Shown here: positions 1 through 10,302 of the stretch, piece after piece
Layout of the letters: every line of letters begins with the position of its first letter
Position numbering within the stretch: position 1 is the stretch's first letter
Assembly (NCBI GenBank): GCA_041666305.1
Contig: JBAYHD010000002.1
Location: 684-64,683, forward strand
Reading direction: 5' to 3'
DNA length: 64,000 bases
Origin: Minisyncoccota bacterium
GTDB lineage: Bacteria; Patescibacteriota; Minisyncoccia; Phycocordibacterales; Phycocordibacteraceae
Translations under genes and position numbers: made by a program
Notes under the pieces: model-generated
Told to the model about the DNA's origin: nothing
Seen by the model: the letters and a program-made list of their open reading frames with translations, nothing else
The model's database searches: none

Positions 1-1
1 C

Positions 2-535
2 ATGCATTTCATTGCCGACCTGAAAGGGTACTGGGACCTGTTCCCTGCGCGTAGGAACGCAGTACGCATCGGGGTGGCAATTCTCGCACTTGTAACCATC
101 ATCGCCGGCTTCTTCATCGTCGGCACCCCTGCGCAAGCACGTCTCGCGCGCTTCGATACGCAGAAAGTGAACGACCTCCAGAATATTCAGTCGCAAGTCG
201 TGTATTTCTGGCAGGCGAAACAAAAACTGCCGACAGCAATCACTGACCTCAACAACTCTCTCAACTATGGTCCGGTACCAACGGATCCCCAGACGGGACA
301 ACCATATACGTATCAAACAACAGGGGCACTTTCATTCAAACTGTGTGCCGAGTTCAATGCAGAGACTCGCGCGAATGCGGCCCAAACGTCTGAAACTCGC
401 GTAGCGATGCCGGCGCCGGTCGGTCTCGGCGGGAAGATAGGAAGCGTGGACAACTGGCAGCACGGAGCTGGTCAGGTGTGTTTTGATCGGACCATCGACC
501 CAAGCTTCTATCCGCCGCTCAACAAGCAACCCTAA
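2..535 (+). CDS. membrane-anchored hypothetical protein with pilin/pseudopilin-like C-terminus (DUF5671-like), probably 5'-truncated
   Basis: TM segment followed by RFDTQKVNDLQNIQ...LP..L..L...PTDPQTGQPYTY...F.LCAEF, a pattern typical of CPR pilin-like proteins. Confidence 0.55.
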   Translation: MHFIADLKGYWDLFPARRNAVRIGVAILALVTIIAGFFIVGTPAQARLARFDTQKVNDLQNIQSQVVYFWQAKQKLPTAITDLNNSLNYGPVPTDPQTGQPYTYQTTGALSFKLCAEFNAETRANAAQTSETRVAMPAPVGLGGKIGSVDNWQHGAGQVCFDRTIDPSFYPPLNKQP

Positions 536-566
536 ATTCTGAATTCCAAGGACCTTGGGAAAGCAT

Positions 567-3401
567 ATGGCGTACGACCACAAACACATTGAGAAGAAAT
601 GGCAGGAGAAATGGAAAAAGGACGAACCATATCGCTCAACCGAAGATACCGATAAGAAAAAAGCGTATGTGCTTGATATGTTCCCATACCCGTCAGGGGA
701 GGGGCTTCATGTGGGCCATCCGCGCGGATACATCGCGACCGATATTTATTCTCGCATGAAGCGCATGCAGGGGTACTCGGTGCTCCACCCGATGGGATGG
801 GACGCATTCGGTTTGCCGGCGGAAAATTATGCGCTCAAAAATAAAGTGCATCCGCGCGTTGCCGTGGAGAAGAACATTTCGAATTTCAAACAACAGCTCG
901 CGCACATCGGATTTGATTATGACTGGTCGCGCGAGATAAACACGACCGATCCCGCGTACTACAAATGGACTCAGTGGATATTCCTCAAAATGCTCGAGCA
1001 TAAGCTCGCGTTCCAATCGAACGAGCCCATCAACTGGTGCCCCTCATGCAAGACCGGACTCGCGAATGAAGACCTCGACGGTCCTGTGTGCGAACGCTGC
1101 GGCACTACGGTTGAGAAGAAAAGCTTGCCGCAGTGGGTGCTCAAAATTACCGACTACGCCGATCGCATGCTCGCAGACCTTGATTCGCTCAACTGGCCGG
1201 AGCACATCAAAGAAGCCCAACGGAATTGGATAGGGCGTTCCGAAGGTGCGGAAATTAGCTTTCCGATAGTCGGGAGCGAGGAAACCGTAACCGTATTCAC
1301 GACGCGACCGGACACGCTCTATGGTGCGACGTATCTGGTGCTCGCGCCGGAGCATCGCTTTCTCACCGATAAAAATTATGGGTTTACGAAATCCTTAATT
1401 AATGCAGATGACGTGCGGGCGTACGTCGCGCAGGCGGCAACGAAGACAGAGATAGAACGCGGCGCAGAAGGAAAAGAGAAGACCGGCGTGAAGCTCGAGG
1501 GCGTCAGGGCGCTCAATCCCGCGACGAAAGAAGAAATTCCTATCTACGTTGCCGACTACGTACTCGGTGGGTACGGTACAGGCGCCATCATGGCAGTCCC
1601 CGCGCACGACGAACGCGACTACGAATTTGCAAAGAAATTTAATATTCCGGTCCGGAACGTTGTTGAGCCGGTGCTTGTACAAACGACTGGTTCCGCTGCA
1701 TTCCGGGAGAACGAGCCTGTCCAAGACAGCAACGGCATCATTGCCATCGTGAAGCACTGGGGCGACGAGAAGTATATGGGCTTATATTGGTCGAAGGCAG
1801 AATGGGGCACACTTCTTACCGGCGGCATTGATGAAGGCATGGCGCCTGAAGAAACCGCCTTGAAAGAGATCCGCGAAGAAACCGGCTATACCGACGCGCG
1901 CATCGTTGAATCGTTCGGCACTATTCATAGCAAGTATTACCACGCACCGAAAGAACTCAATCGGTTCGGGCATGCACCGACATTTTATATCGAGCTCAAA
2001 AGCGATGCTCGCGAGGAAGTTTCTCCGGAAGAACTCGCCAAACACGAACTCCATTGGCTCACGAAAGAAGAATTGAAGTCATTTTTGACGGCAACATCAC
2101 ATTTGCAGGCGCTCGCGTTTTTGGATTCGCATGTCTATACCGGCTCCGGATTGCTTGCGAATTCGGGAGATTTTTCAGGCAAGGATAGCGAGCAGGCAAA
2201 ATGGGATATTACGCAAGCCGTGGGAGGGAAGCGCGTGACGCGCTACAAACTCCGCGATTGGGTTTTCTCACGCCAGCGCTATTGGGGCGAGCCGATACCG
2301 GTCATTCATTGTCCGAAAGACGGCGTGGTGCCAGTTCCGTATGAAGATTTGCCGGTCGTATTGCCGGAGGTGGAGTCGTATGAGCCGACCGGCACCGGCG
2401 AATCGCCCCTGGCCACCATCGAATCGTGGGTCAACACGAAGTGTCCGAAATGCGGCGAGCCGGCGAAGCGCGAGACGAACACGATGCCGCAATGGGCGGG
2501 CTCGTCGTGGTATTACCTGCGCTTCATGGACCCGCATGACGCAACCCAGCTTGTGTCCACGAAAAATGAAAAGTATTGGGCGCCGGTCGACGTGTACGTG
2601 GGCGGCGATCACGCCGTGCGCCATCTCATCTATGCGCGCTTCTGGCACAAGTTCCTCTATGATATCGGCGTAGTGAGCACGCAAGAACCGTTCGCGCGGC
2701 TGGAGTTCCTCGGTTTCATCCTTGCAGAAGACGGTCGCAAAATGAGCAAGCGCTACGGCAATGTCATCAATCCGGACGACGTCATCGCGGAATACGGCGC
2801 TGATGCGTTCCGTATCTATGAAATGTTCATGGGGCCATTCGAGAACACAACGAACTGGAGCACTGCTTCCATTGCCGGTACATCGCGTTTCGTGGAGCGA
2901 TTGTGGAATCTGCATGAGACGGTCACGGATGCGCCGGTTCCGGAGCTCGAGCCGCTCCTGCATCGCACCATTCAGAAAATAGGCGCGGACATCGAGTCGT
3001 TCAAATTCAATACCGCCGTGAGCCAAGCGATGATATTCCTGAACAAGATCGAAGAAGTCGGGAACATAGGAAAAGAGCAGTGGCGTTCTTTCATTTGCAT
3101 CCTTGCGCCACTGGCACCCCACTCCACAGAGGAATTGTGGGAGCTCTCCGGAGAAACTTCCTCCATCCACCTCGCTCCGTGGCCTTCATTTGACGAAAAG
3201 ATTATTGCCGCGAGCCATAGCGAGATCGTCGTGCAGGTGAACGGCAAGCGCCGCGGCTCTATTACGCTCCCTGCGGATGCCGTCGAAGAAGCCGCACTGG
3301 CGGCTGCAAAGGCTCTGCCGACCATCATGGCTATGCTCGACGGGAACGAGCCGAAACGGGTGATTTACGTGCCAGGCAGGATCATAAATCTTGTGGTATA
3401 G
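567..3401 (+). CDS. leuS: leucine--tRNA ligase with inserted Nudix domain
   Basis: MFPYPSGEGLHVGH (HIGH), TTRPDT and GTGAIMAVPAHD editing motifs, DWVFSRQRYWGEPIP, KMSKR. Confidence 0.97.
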   Translation: MAYDHKHIEKKWQEKWKKDEPYRSTEDTDKKKAYVLDMFPYPSGEGLHVGHPRGYIATDIYSRMKRMQGYSVLHPMGWDAFGLPAENYALKNKVHPRVAVEKNISNFKQQLAHIGFDYDWSREINTTDPAYYKWTQWIFLKMLEHKLAFQSNEPINWCPSCKTGLANEDLDGPVCERCGTTVEKKSLPQWVLKITDYADRMLADLDSLNWPEHIKEAQRNWIGRSEGAEISFPIVGSEETVTVFTTRPDTLYGATYLVLAPEHRFLTDKNYGFTKSLINADDVRAYVAQAATKTEIERGAEGKEKTGVKLEGVRALNPATKEEIPIYVADYVLGGYGTGAIMAVPAHDERDYEFAKKFNIPVRNVVEPVLVQTTGSAAFRENEPVQDSNGIIAIVKHWGDEKYMGLYWSKAEWGTLLTGGIDEGMAPEETALKEIREETGYTDARIVESFGTIHSKYYHAPKELNRFGHAPTFYIELKSDAREEVSPEELAKHELHWLTKEELKSFLTATSHLQALAFLDSHVYTGSGLLANSGDFSGKDSEQAKWDITQAVGGKRVTRYKLRDWVFSRQRYWGEPIPVIHCPKDGVVPVPYEDLPVVLPEVESYEPTGTGESPLATIESWVNTKCPKCGEPAKRETNTMPQWAGSSWYYLRFMDPHDATQLVSTKNEKYWAPVDVYVGGDHAVRHLIYARFWHKFLYDIGVVSTQEPFARLEFLGFILAEDGRKMSKRYGNVINPDDVIAEYGADAFRIYEMFMGPFENTTNWSTASIAGTSRFVERLWNLHETVTDAPVPELEPLLHRTIQKIGADIESFKFNTAVSQAMIFLNKIEEVGNIGKEQWRSFICILAPLAPHSTEELWELSGETSSIHLAPWPSFDEKIIAASHSEIVVQVNGKRRGSITLPADAVEEAALAAAKALPTIMAMLDGNEPKRVIYVPGRIINLVV

Positions 3402-3421
3402 TCCCACATATCAGGTAGGGG

Positions 3422-3450
3422 TTGACTTATTATAAGGCGTTTGCTATAAA
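3422..3450 (+). promoter_or_regulatory. sigma70-type promoter
   Basis: TTGACT-17 nt-TATAAA with TG extension, just upstream of ATG 3460. Confidence 0.6.
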
Positions 3451-3459
3451 TTAGAACAC

Positions 3460-4539
3460 ATGAAAAAGGCAAGTCCGACCAGCAAGCACGGAAAGGCGAA
3501 AAACTCGCCGTCCGCTTCGTTTTCCTTTGACAGCGCATCGCTTGCGAAACGTCTTCTTGTCGCGGCTCCGGAGCGCGCACGAGAGGTCCTTATCCGCCGG
3601 TTCGGGCTCGGCACTGCTACAGAGCGCGAGACGCTCGAAGCCATCGGCGACCGTTCCAGCATCACCCGCGAGCGCGTACGCCAGATCGAGGCCGCCGGCC
3701 TTGATGCCGTACGTGCAAGCAAAGCTTTTAAGGAGGCGACTTCCGCGTTTGAAGAGATCGCAAAATACATACACTCGCTCGGCGCAATCGTGCCCGAAGA
3801 AGCGCTTCTTTCCGCGCTCGGCAAGGACGAAAAGAGCCGCAACCGCTTTCGTTTCTTCCTCATGGTCAATTCGGCATTTTTCCGCGAGCGCGAGACGAAC
3901 GATTTTCTCGCGCGCTGGCATGTGGATAGCGTAACGGCAAAGCATATTCATACTGCGCTCACACGCCTCTACTCCTCGCTTTCCGATAATGAAGTGGTCA
4001 AGGAAGGGGCTCTTCTGGACCGTTTCCTCGATGAATTGAAGGAAGTCAACGATGCCTATAAGAACGAAGAGGTGCTGAAGCGTTGGCTTTCTTTGTCGAA
4101 GCATATCGGCAGCAATCCGCTTGCCGAATGGGGCCGCACGACCGCACCGGCCATCCGCATCAAGGGCGTGCGCGATTACGCATACCTCGCAGTGAAGCGC
4201 CATGGTGAACCGATGCATTTCTCTGATGTCGCGAAGACCATCGGCACGCTTTTTTCAAAAAAGGCGCACATTGCGACCACGCACAACGAGCTCATCAAAG
4301 ACCCTCGTTTCGTCCTGGTCGGCCGCGGGCTCTACGCGCTTACCGAATGGGGGTACAAGCCGGGCGTCGTGCGCGATGTCATTCGCGAAACGCTTGAGGA
4401 ACAAGGTCCAATGAAAAAGGAGGAGATCATCAAGCATGTGAAGAAGGCTCGTTTCGTGAAAGACAACACCATTCTTGTGAACCTCAACGACTCGCGTTAT
4501 TTCAAGCGCATGAAAGACGGTCGTTACGCGGCAGTGTAG
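3460..4539 (+). CDS. sigma-70 region 4 HTH + HARE-HTH domain protein
   Basis: RRFGL...ETLEAIGD...ITRERVRQIE (sigma r4); C-terminal PMHF..VA...TTHNELIKDPRFVLVGRGLYALTEWG (HARE-HTH/delta-like). Confidence 0.8.
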   Translation: MKKASPTSKHGKAKNSPSASFSFDSASLAKRLLVAAPERAREVLIRRFGLGTATERETLEAIGDRSSITRERVRQIEAAGLDAVRASKAFKEATSAFEEIAKYIHSLGAIVPEEALLSALGKDEKSRNRFRFFLMVNSAFFRERETNDFLARWHVDSVTAKHIHTALTRLYSSLSDNEVVKEGALLDRFLDELKEVNDAYKNEEVLKRWLSLSKHIGSNPLAEWGRTTAPAIRIKGVRDYAYLAVKRHGEPMHFSDVAKTIGTLFSKKAHIATTHNELIKDPRFVLVGRGLYALTEWGYKPGVVRDVIRETLEEQGPMKKEEIIKHVKKARFVKDNTILVNLNDSRYFKRMKDGRYAAV

Positions 4540-4609
4540 ATAAAGACAATACACAGACCGGCGTTCCTCTAAAAACGGGGCGCCGGTTTTTGTTGGTATA
4601 CTGTGAACA

Positions 4610-5998
4610 ATGTTACCGTTCCTCGATACCGTCGTTGAGTGGAAGGAGAGTATGACCGACAGGGTCGGCCTCAAGTTGGAGCCGTGGCCGCTTTTCATCA
4701 TTGGCGTGGTACTGCTTGCTATGGCATTTGTTTTTATGCCGGGCGTGGTCGGGCTCGCTTTCTCCATCGCGCTTTTTCTCGCACCCGTATGGCTGCCGTT
4801 CTTGCTCATGGGCGGAGCGCTCGCCATGTGGTACGTGCTCAAGCGTTCTGAATTCATCGCCGATCAGCCGTATATGCTTCTTGAGGTCAAGCCGCCGCGC
4901 AATCTCGTGAAGACCCCGCTTGCAATGGAAGCATTCCTTTCGTCCATACATTTTACCGGCGGCGAATCAACCTGGTGGGACCGCTTTACGGGCGGCATCC
5001 GGCCATTCTATTCTCTTGAAATAGCATCACTTGAAGGCCAGGTGCATTTTTTCATATGGACACGCTCCGCTTTCCGTCGGACCATTGAAGGGCAGATGTA
5101 TGCACAATATCCGGGCACGCAAGTGGTGGAGGCACCCGATTATTCTCGACTTATTTCCGCGACGACGGAGGAGTGGAGCATTTGGGGATGCGATTTCAAA
5201 CATACGGCGGCGGCGCCTCTTCCGATAAAAACCTACATTGAATACGGACTTGATAAAGTGCAGAAGGAACCGGAACAAGTGGATCCGCTCGCAAACCTCA
5301 TTGAATTCATGGGTTCGATAGGGAAGGGAGAATACATTTGGCTTCAATTCATCATTCGTGCGCATAAGGGCGAAAAATACGGAGCGTCACCGGGCACCAA
5401 TGTGAGCAACAAGCTCAATGCAGAAGGAAAGCCGTACACATGGAAAGATGAGGCGAAGGAGATGGTGGAAAGGATCCGCAAAGAAGCGCGAAGCGTGTAT
5501 ATTGATCCGTTCACGGGAAAAGAGATGCCAGGATTCCCCAATCCCACGAAGGGCGAATCGGAGAAAATGGCTGCCATTGAGCGCAATGTATCGAAGCTTG
5601 CTTTCGATGTCGGTTCGCGCGGTTTGTATTTGGCGAGACCGGAGAAATTCAACGGACCCATGATCGCGCACCTAATCGCTCTTTTCAAGCCGTTCACGTC
5701 CGAAGGATGGAACGGCATCAATTCATCAGCTTGGATGAAACGATTCGATTATCCCTGGGAGATCGGCGTAGAAAGGAGGAAAAACCTCTATCGACGCAAG
5801 CTGGTTGAGCAATACCGCCGCCGTCAATTTTTCTACGACCCTTTCTTCGAAGGGGGGTTGCGCATGAGTGACGCGATGGTGATGAGCACCGAAGAGCTCG
5901 CGACCGTGTTCCATATCCCGTCAAGTTCGGTTGGGACCCCGGGTCTCGCGCGCATCCAGTCGGCAACGGGAGAAGCGCCGCCGAACCTGCCTACCTAA
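4610..5998 (+). CDS. conserved CPR membrane-anchored hypothetical protein
   Basis: 462 aa ORF, N-terminal TMs, FYSLEIAS...YAQYP...PIKTY...EELATVFHIP motifs. Confidence 0.7.
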   Translation: MLPFLDTVVEWKESMTDRVGLKLEPWPLFIIGVVLLAMAFVFMPGVVGLAFSIALFLAPVWLPFLLMGGALAMWYVLKRSEFIADQPYMLLEVKPPRNLVKTPLAMEAFLSSIHFTGGESTWWDRFTGGIRPFYSLEIASLEGQVHFFIWTRSAFRRTIEGQMYAQYPGTQVVEAPDYSRLISATTEEWSIWGCDFKHTAAAPLPIKTYIEYGLDKVQKEPEQVDPLANLIEFMGSIGKGEYIWLQFIIRAHKGEKYGASPGTNVSNKLNAEGKPYTWKDEAKEMVERIRKEARSVYIDPFTGKEMPGFPNPTKGESEKMAAIERNVSKLAFDVGSRGLYLARPEKFNGPMIAHLIALFKPFTSEGWNGINSSAWMKRFDYPWEIGVERRKNLYRRKLVEQYRRRQFFYDPFFEGGLRMSDAMVMSTEELATVFHIPSSSVGTPGLARIQSATGEAPPNLPT

Positions 5999-6004
5999 GC
6001 GCGC

Positions 6005-7006
6005 ATGGATTTCGAAAAATTTACACCGGCAGTTCCGCCTGCTCTACAAACCCATCTCGTGCGTTCGTGGCGATCGTGGGCCGTGGCATTCGTACTCGCG
6101 GTATTTCTGGTTGTCGGTTATCGCATTGCGTTCGCTCCGCCGAGCGATTTTCCTTCCGGCAGTATCGTAAGCATCGCGCGCGGAGCCTCTGTACCGGATA
6201 TCGCCGCACAGCTTGCTTCGGCGCACCTCATCAAGCATCCGGATCTGTTCCGGGCCATGCTGCGCGTGAGCGGAGGGAGTTTGCATGTGCAGGCGGGCGC
6301 GTATCTGTTCAATACCCCGGAAGATCTTTTCATGGTCGCGTATCGCCTTGTTGCCGGTGCATACGGTATTCCGCCCGTGCGCATCACGTTTCCGGAAGGC
6401 GAGACCGCGCGCGACTATGCCGTGCGCATAACGGAAGAATTGCCCGATATTTCCGCATCCGATTTTCTTTCAAAAGCGCAGCCGTATGAAGGGTATCTTT
6501 TCCCCGACACCTATCTCTTCTTGCAGTCCGCGGATGCCGACACCATCGTAAAGACGATGCGCGCGAATTTCGATGCGAAAACCGAGCCGCTCATGAATGA
6601 CGTGCGGACCTCGGGTCATTCGCTGTCGGATATTGTCATACTGGCATCGCTGGTTGAACGTGAGGCGCGTACTATTGCAAACAAGCGTATCGTGGCGGGC
6701 ATTCTCTGGAACCGCATCAAACTCGGCATGCCGCTTCAAGTGGACGCGGTATTCGGCTACATCTACGGCCGCGATACGTATTCGCCCTCCTATGCCGACC
6801 TGAAAGTTGATTCGCCCTACAACACCTATATTCACAAAGGGCTACCGCCGGGACCAATATGTAATCCCGGCATTGAAAGCCTTGATGCAGCCCTTCATCC
6901 GACAAAAACGGATTATCTCTATTATTTGACCGGAAATGACGGTCTGATGCACTACGCCACCACCTATGCCGGCCACCAAGCCAACCAGAGGAAGTATTTG
7001 CAGTAG
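6005..7006 (+). CDS. mltG: endolytic transglycosylase MltG
   Basis: EGYLFPDTY, LASLVERE, GMPLQVDA, SPYNTY..KGLPPGPICNPG. Confidence 0.95.
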   Translation: MDFEKFTPAVPPALQTHLVRSWRSWAVAFVLAVFLVVGYRIAFAPPSDFPSGSIVSIARGASVPDIAAQLASAHLIKHPDLFRAMLRVSGGSLHVQAGAYLFNTPEDLFMVAYRLVAGAYGIPPVRITFPEGETARDYAVRITEELPDISASDFLSKAQPYEGYLFPDTYLFLQSADADTIVKTMRANFDAKTEPLMNDVRTSGHSLSDIVILASLVEREARTIANKRIVAGILWNRIKLGMPLQVDAVFGYIYGRDTYSPSYADLKVDSPYNTYIHKGLPPGPICNPGIESLDAALHPTKTDYLYYLTGNDGLMHYATTYAGHQANQRKYLQ

Positions 7007-7099
7007 ACAATCAAGCTAAATAAGCGTACTCTCCGGCTCGGAGCGATCGAGAGATCGCTTGTTCCATTCAACCAATCAACTCTCGAAAGGGGAGGAATC

Positions 7100-8695
7100 A
7101 TGCTCGACACGTTCAAGAAAGCTACACCCGAAGCACTGGCGGCTATTCGCGATGAAATGAAAGTCCGCTGCACCACAGAGGTCTTTCTGCTTTTTGCGCT
7201 CGGCAGTCAGTTCGACCACCTCATCTTCCAAGCGCTCGCGAAACTCGGCGTCTACGGTCTCGTCGCTGATCCGGCGAAAGTAACCGCCGCGGATGTCGAA
7301 TTGTTGAAACCCATCGGAATCATCCTGTCGGGTGGTCCGGCTTCCGTTCATTCGGAACCGCCGCCGTTCGACTCGAAGATTTTCGATCTCAGCATTCCGG
7401 TGTTAGGCATATGCCTCGGCTTCCAAATGTGGGCCAGGCACATCGGACTGACGGTACAGAGCGGTAGCCGGCAATTCGGCGTTCACACAGCAACGGTCAA
7501 TAATGTCAGTCCGCTCTTTGCGAACTGTTTGCACATTGAGCAGGTACTTCAAAGTCACGGTGATGAAATTTCCACCGACATAGACCGGTTCAAAACGCTT
7601 GCGGTGTGCGGCAACTCAGTCGCGGCAGGCCACGAGCGGAATCTGTGGGGTGTCCAGTTTCACCCCGAAGTGACCGAAACGAAATGTGGCCAAACAATCT
7701 TCGAGAATTTCTGCTTCCGGATTTGCAATGCCGAGGACCGCTTCCCCGCGCCGGATATCGCGAAACAGAAAATCGAGAAGTTGCGCAGCGAGATCGGCGA
7801 TAAGAAAGTCCTTCTCGCCCTCTCGGGTGGTTCGGATTCATCGACAGTTGCATATCTACTTAAGGCCGCAACGCGGGGCAAAGAACAGCTTCGTGGCGTC
7901 TACATCCGTGGCATCGATCGCCCGGATGACGAGGAGTTCGTTCATAAGTACTTCGGCGATCAGAACTGGATCGATCTCGTTATCGTCGATGCCACTGATC
8001 GCTTCCTTGCGGTGCTTGCAGGCAAGACGGGCATGCGAGAGAAGCGGCTCGCCATGCGCGAAGTCTACAAACCGGTGCTCGAAGAACAAGTTCGGGCATT
8101 TGGTGCGGAGTTCATCGCACAGGGTACGCTCTACACCGACATCTCGGAAAGTGGCGGAGGGCACGACAGCGGCGCACGGAAGGCAAACATCAAGATCCAT
8201 CACAATACGAATCTCGGATTCGCTTTTCCGGAACTGATGCCGCTTTCCGACTGTGTGAAGGATGGTGGCCGGGACATCGGCCGAGAGATCGGTGTACCGG
8301 AAGAACTGCTCGTCCGACATCCGTTCCCTGGACCAGGACTGGTCGTGAGGATCGAAGGCGAGATTACGCCGGAGAAACTCGCGATGGCGCGGCAACTCGA
8401 TGGCATCTACATCGAGGAACTGCGTCGAGCCGGGCTCTATGAAAAAGTTTGGCAAGCAGGGGTCGTGGTGACGAGATCCGAGCACACCTACACCGCCGGC
8501 GACGATGCAGGTACGGGTTCGGTGATCTGCTTTTGGGCGGTTTGGAGCGTCAATGGCTTTACTGCTCAAGCAGCTGATCTCCCGTTCGACTTTCGAAAGA
8601 ACTTGGCTCGACGTTTCGGAAACGAGGTACACGGCATTGGAGCCGTCGTGTATCGCGATTCGGATAAGCCACGTTCGACCATCGAGTGGGGTTGA
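7100..8695 (+). CDS. guaA: GMP synthase (glutamine-hydrolysing)
   Basis: GATase GIILSGGP, LGICLGFQ, GVQFHPEV; ATPPase LSGGSDSS, QGTLYTD, HPFPGPGL, KP.STIEW; GGAGGA SD. Confidence 0.93.
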   Translation: MLDTFKKATPEALAAIRDEMKVRCTTEVFLLFALGSQFDHLIFQALAKLGVYGLVADPAKVTAADVELLKPIGIILSGGPASVHSEPPPFDSKIFDLSIPVLGICLGFQMWARHIGLTVQSGSRQFGVHTATVNNVSPLFANCLHIEQVLQSHGDEISTDIDRFKTLAVCGNSVAAGHERNLWGVQFHPEVTETKCGQTIFENFCFRICNAEDRFPAPDIAKQKIEKLRSEIGDKKVLLALSGGSDSSTVAYLLKAATRGKEQLRGVYIRGIDRPDDEEFVHKYFGDQNWIDLVIVDATDRFLAVLAGKTGMREKRLAMREVYKPVLEEQVRAFGAEFIAQGTLYTDISESGGGHDSGARKANIKIHHNTNLGFAFPELMPLSDCVKDGGRDIGREIGVPEELLVRHPFPGPGLVVRIEGEITPEKLAMARQLDGIYIEELRRAGLYEKVWQAGVVVTRSEHTYTAGDDAGTGSVICFWAVWSVNGFTAQAADLPFDFRKNLARRFGNEVHGIGAVVYRDSDKPRSTIEWG

Positions 8696-8796
8696 TTCAG
8701 TAGTGTGCGTCTCCTTAGGCCGTCGAAGTCGCGCAAGCGATCAGACGGCCTCTTCTTTTATAGTCACGAATCATTAATCATGATTAGATACAGAAC

Positions 8797-9732
8797 ATGA
8801 ACGTACTGGGAAAGAGGATATTCGTGGGGCTGTCGGGGGGTGTGGATAGCGCCGTATCGGCCACATTACTGAAGCAGGCAGGAGCAGAAGTGACCGGCGT
8901 ATTCATCAAGGGCTGGTATCCGCCCGGAATGCCGTGCACGTGGGCGGCAGAGCGCCGTGACGCGATGCGCGTGGCCGCCCGTCTTCATATTCCGTTCCTT
9001 ACGCTCGACGCGAGCGCGGAATATAAAAAGCACGTCATCGATTATTTGCTTGCGGAGTATCGTGCAGGACGGACGCCGAATCCGGACGTGATGTGCAACA
9101 GGGAAGTGAAGTTCGGTGCCTTCTATCGCTTTGCAATGGAACACGGAGCAGATGCTATCGCCACGGGGCACTATCGCGCGGGAGGAAAAGACCAAAGCTA
9201 TTTTTTGTGGGCAGTGCCAAAAGAAATTCTGGAAGCGACAATTTTTCCGGTGGGGCATATGGAAAAAAACAAAGTGCGCGCACTAGCTTCGAAATTTAGT
9301 CTTCCGGTCTCAGAGAAGCGGGACAGTCAGGGTATCTGCTTTCTCGGTGCGGTTTCCGTCAAGGAGTTTTTGGAGCAGGAATTTGGGAATGATAATCCGG
9401 CACTTCTCTACACCATCGGCCAAAAAGTTTCCGGCGGGTATGTGATTGGGAAAGATGTCGAGAAGAAAGAAATCATTGTTTCAAAGACGCGCGCCCTTGG
9501 CGCACGGGAAGTCCGATTCACGGACGCAAACTGGTTCGGCGAACCTGCGCAGGCAGGCAAACCGATCGAAGAAGTGGAAGCGCAGTATCGATATCGCGGA
9601 GAGCGCTGCGCGGGTCGCGTAGAAGGTGATCGATTCGTTAGTTCCGAACTGCTTCCGGAACAGCCGGCGCCCGGTCAATCAATCGTCTTCTACCGCGGTA
9701 CTAATTTGGTTGGCGGCGGGATTATTTTGTAG
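8797..9732 (+). CDS. mnmA: tRNA 2-thiouridylase MnmA (compact)
   Basis: SGGVDS, GRTPNPDVMCNREVKFG, ATGHY, KDQSYFL, DSQGICF, PGQS.VFY. Confidence 0.95.
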   Translation: MNVLGKRIFVGLSGGVDSAVSATLLKQAGAEVTGVFIKGWYPPGMPCTWAAERRDAMRVAARLHIPFLTLDASAEYKKHVIDYLLAEYRAGRTPNPDVMCNREVKFGAFYRFAMEHGADAIATGHYRAGGKDQSYFLWAVPKEILEATIFPVGHMEKNKVRALASKFSLPVSEKRDSQGICFLGAVSVKEFLEQEFGNDNPALLYTIGQKVSGGYVIGKDVEKKEIIVSKTRALGAREVRFTDANWFGEPAQAGKPIEEVEAQYRYRGERCAGRVEGDRFVSSELLPEQPAPGQSIVFYRGTNLVGGGIIL

Positions 9733-9742
9733 GGGGCTGTGG

Positions 9743-9874
9743 CCCGGTAGAACAACATAGCATTGCTCATTGTGTCTAGCGTTAAATATACCTTTGACTT
9801 TCTATGTTTTTATCGGTCTCGAACCTTATTATTCGATTTGAGCGTAGACACGATGCTATGTTGTTCTAACCGGG
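9743..9874 (-). repeat. 132-bp structured intergenic element, copy 1 (interior inverted relative to copies 2-4)
   Basis: CCCGGTAGAACAACATAGCAT ... ATGCTATGTTGTTCTAACCGGG terminal inverted repeat. Confidence 0.85.
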
Positions 9875-9891
9875 TGGTATATTATTACCGC

Positions 9892-10302
9892 ATGAATCAC
9901 AAGCGTCTTTGGATCGCCGCAGCCATAATCGCGGTCGCCATTTTTATCGGCTTTGTCTTGTCGGTACCGCACACACGGGATGTCGGGGACAGTAAGTTTT
10001 CGCAAAATGCCGCACCGAGCGTGCCAAGTGTATCGCTTCGCGACTCATTCAAGAAAGGAGTGCACACTATCACCGGATCGGTTGAAGCCCCGAACGCCTG
10101 CGCAAGTGCGAGTGCCAAAGCATCACTCGCGGGTGAGGGGTCAGAGAGCGCCATCTTGGTCGCACTCACGCTCAAGGATGATGGTGGAGTATGCCTGCAG
10201 GTACCAACACGCGTGACATTCTCTGTGACGATTTCCGCGCCGGTCGATCTGGCGATAATCGCGACGGTTAATGGTGAATCGGCGACGACAACCGCCCCAT
10301 GA
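9892..10302 (+). CDS. hypothetical exported/membrane-anchored protein
   Basis: N-terminal TM; HTITGSVEAPNAC...CLQV cysteine pair; overlaps start of next gene. Confidence 0.7.
   Translation: MNHKRLWIAAAIIAVAIFIGFVLSVPHTRDVGDSKFSQNAAPSVPSVSLRDSFKKGVHTITGSVEAPNACASASAKASLAGEGSESAILVALTLKDDGGVCLQVPTRVTFSVTISAPVDLAIIATVNGESATTTAP

Noticed and set aside
9743-9874. Integron attC interpretation of the 132-136 bp elements
   Set aside because: The GT(T)AG/CTAAC ends are inside-out relative to RYYYAAC...GTTRRRY, the elements flank core genes rather than cassettes, and no integrase is seen.
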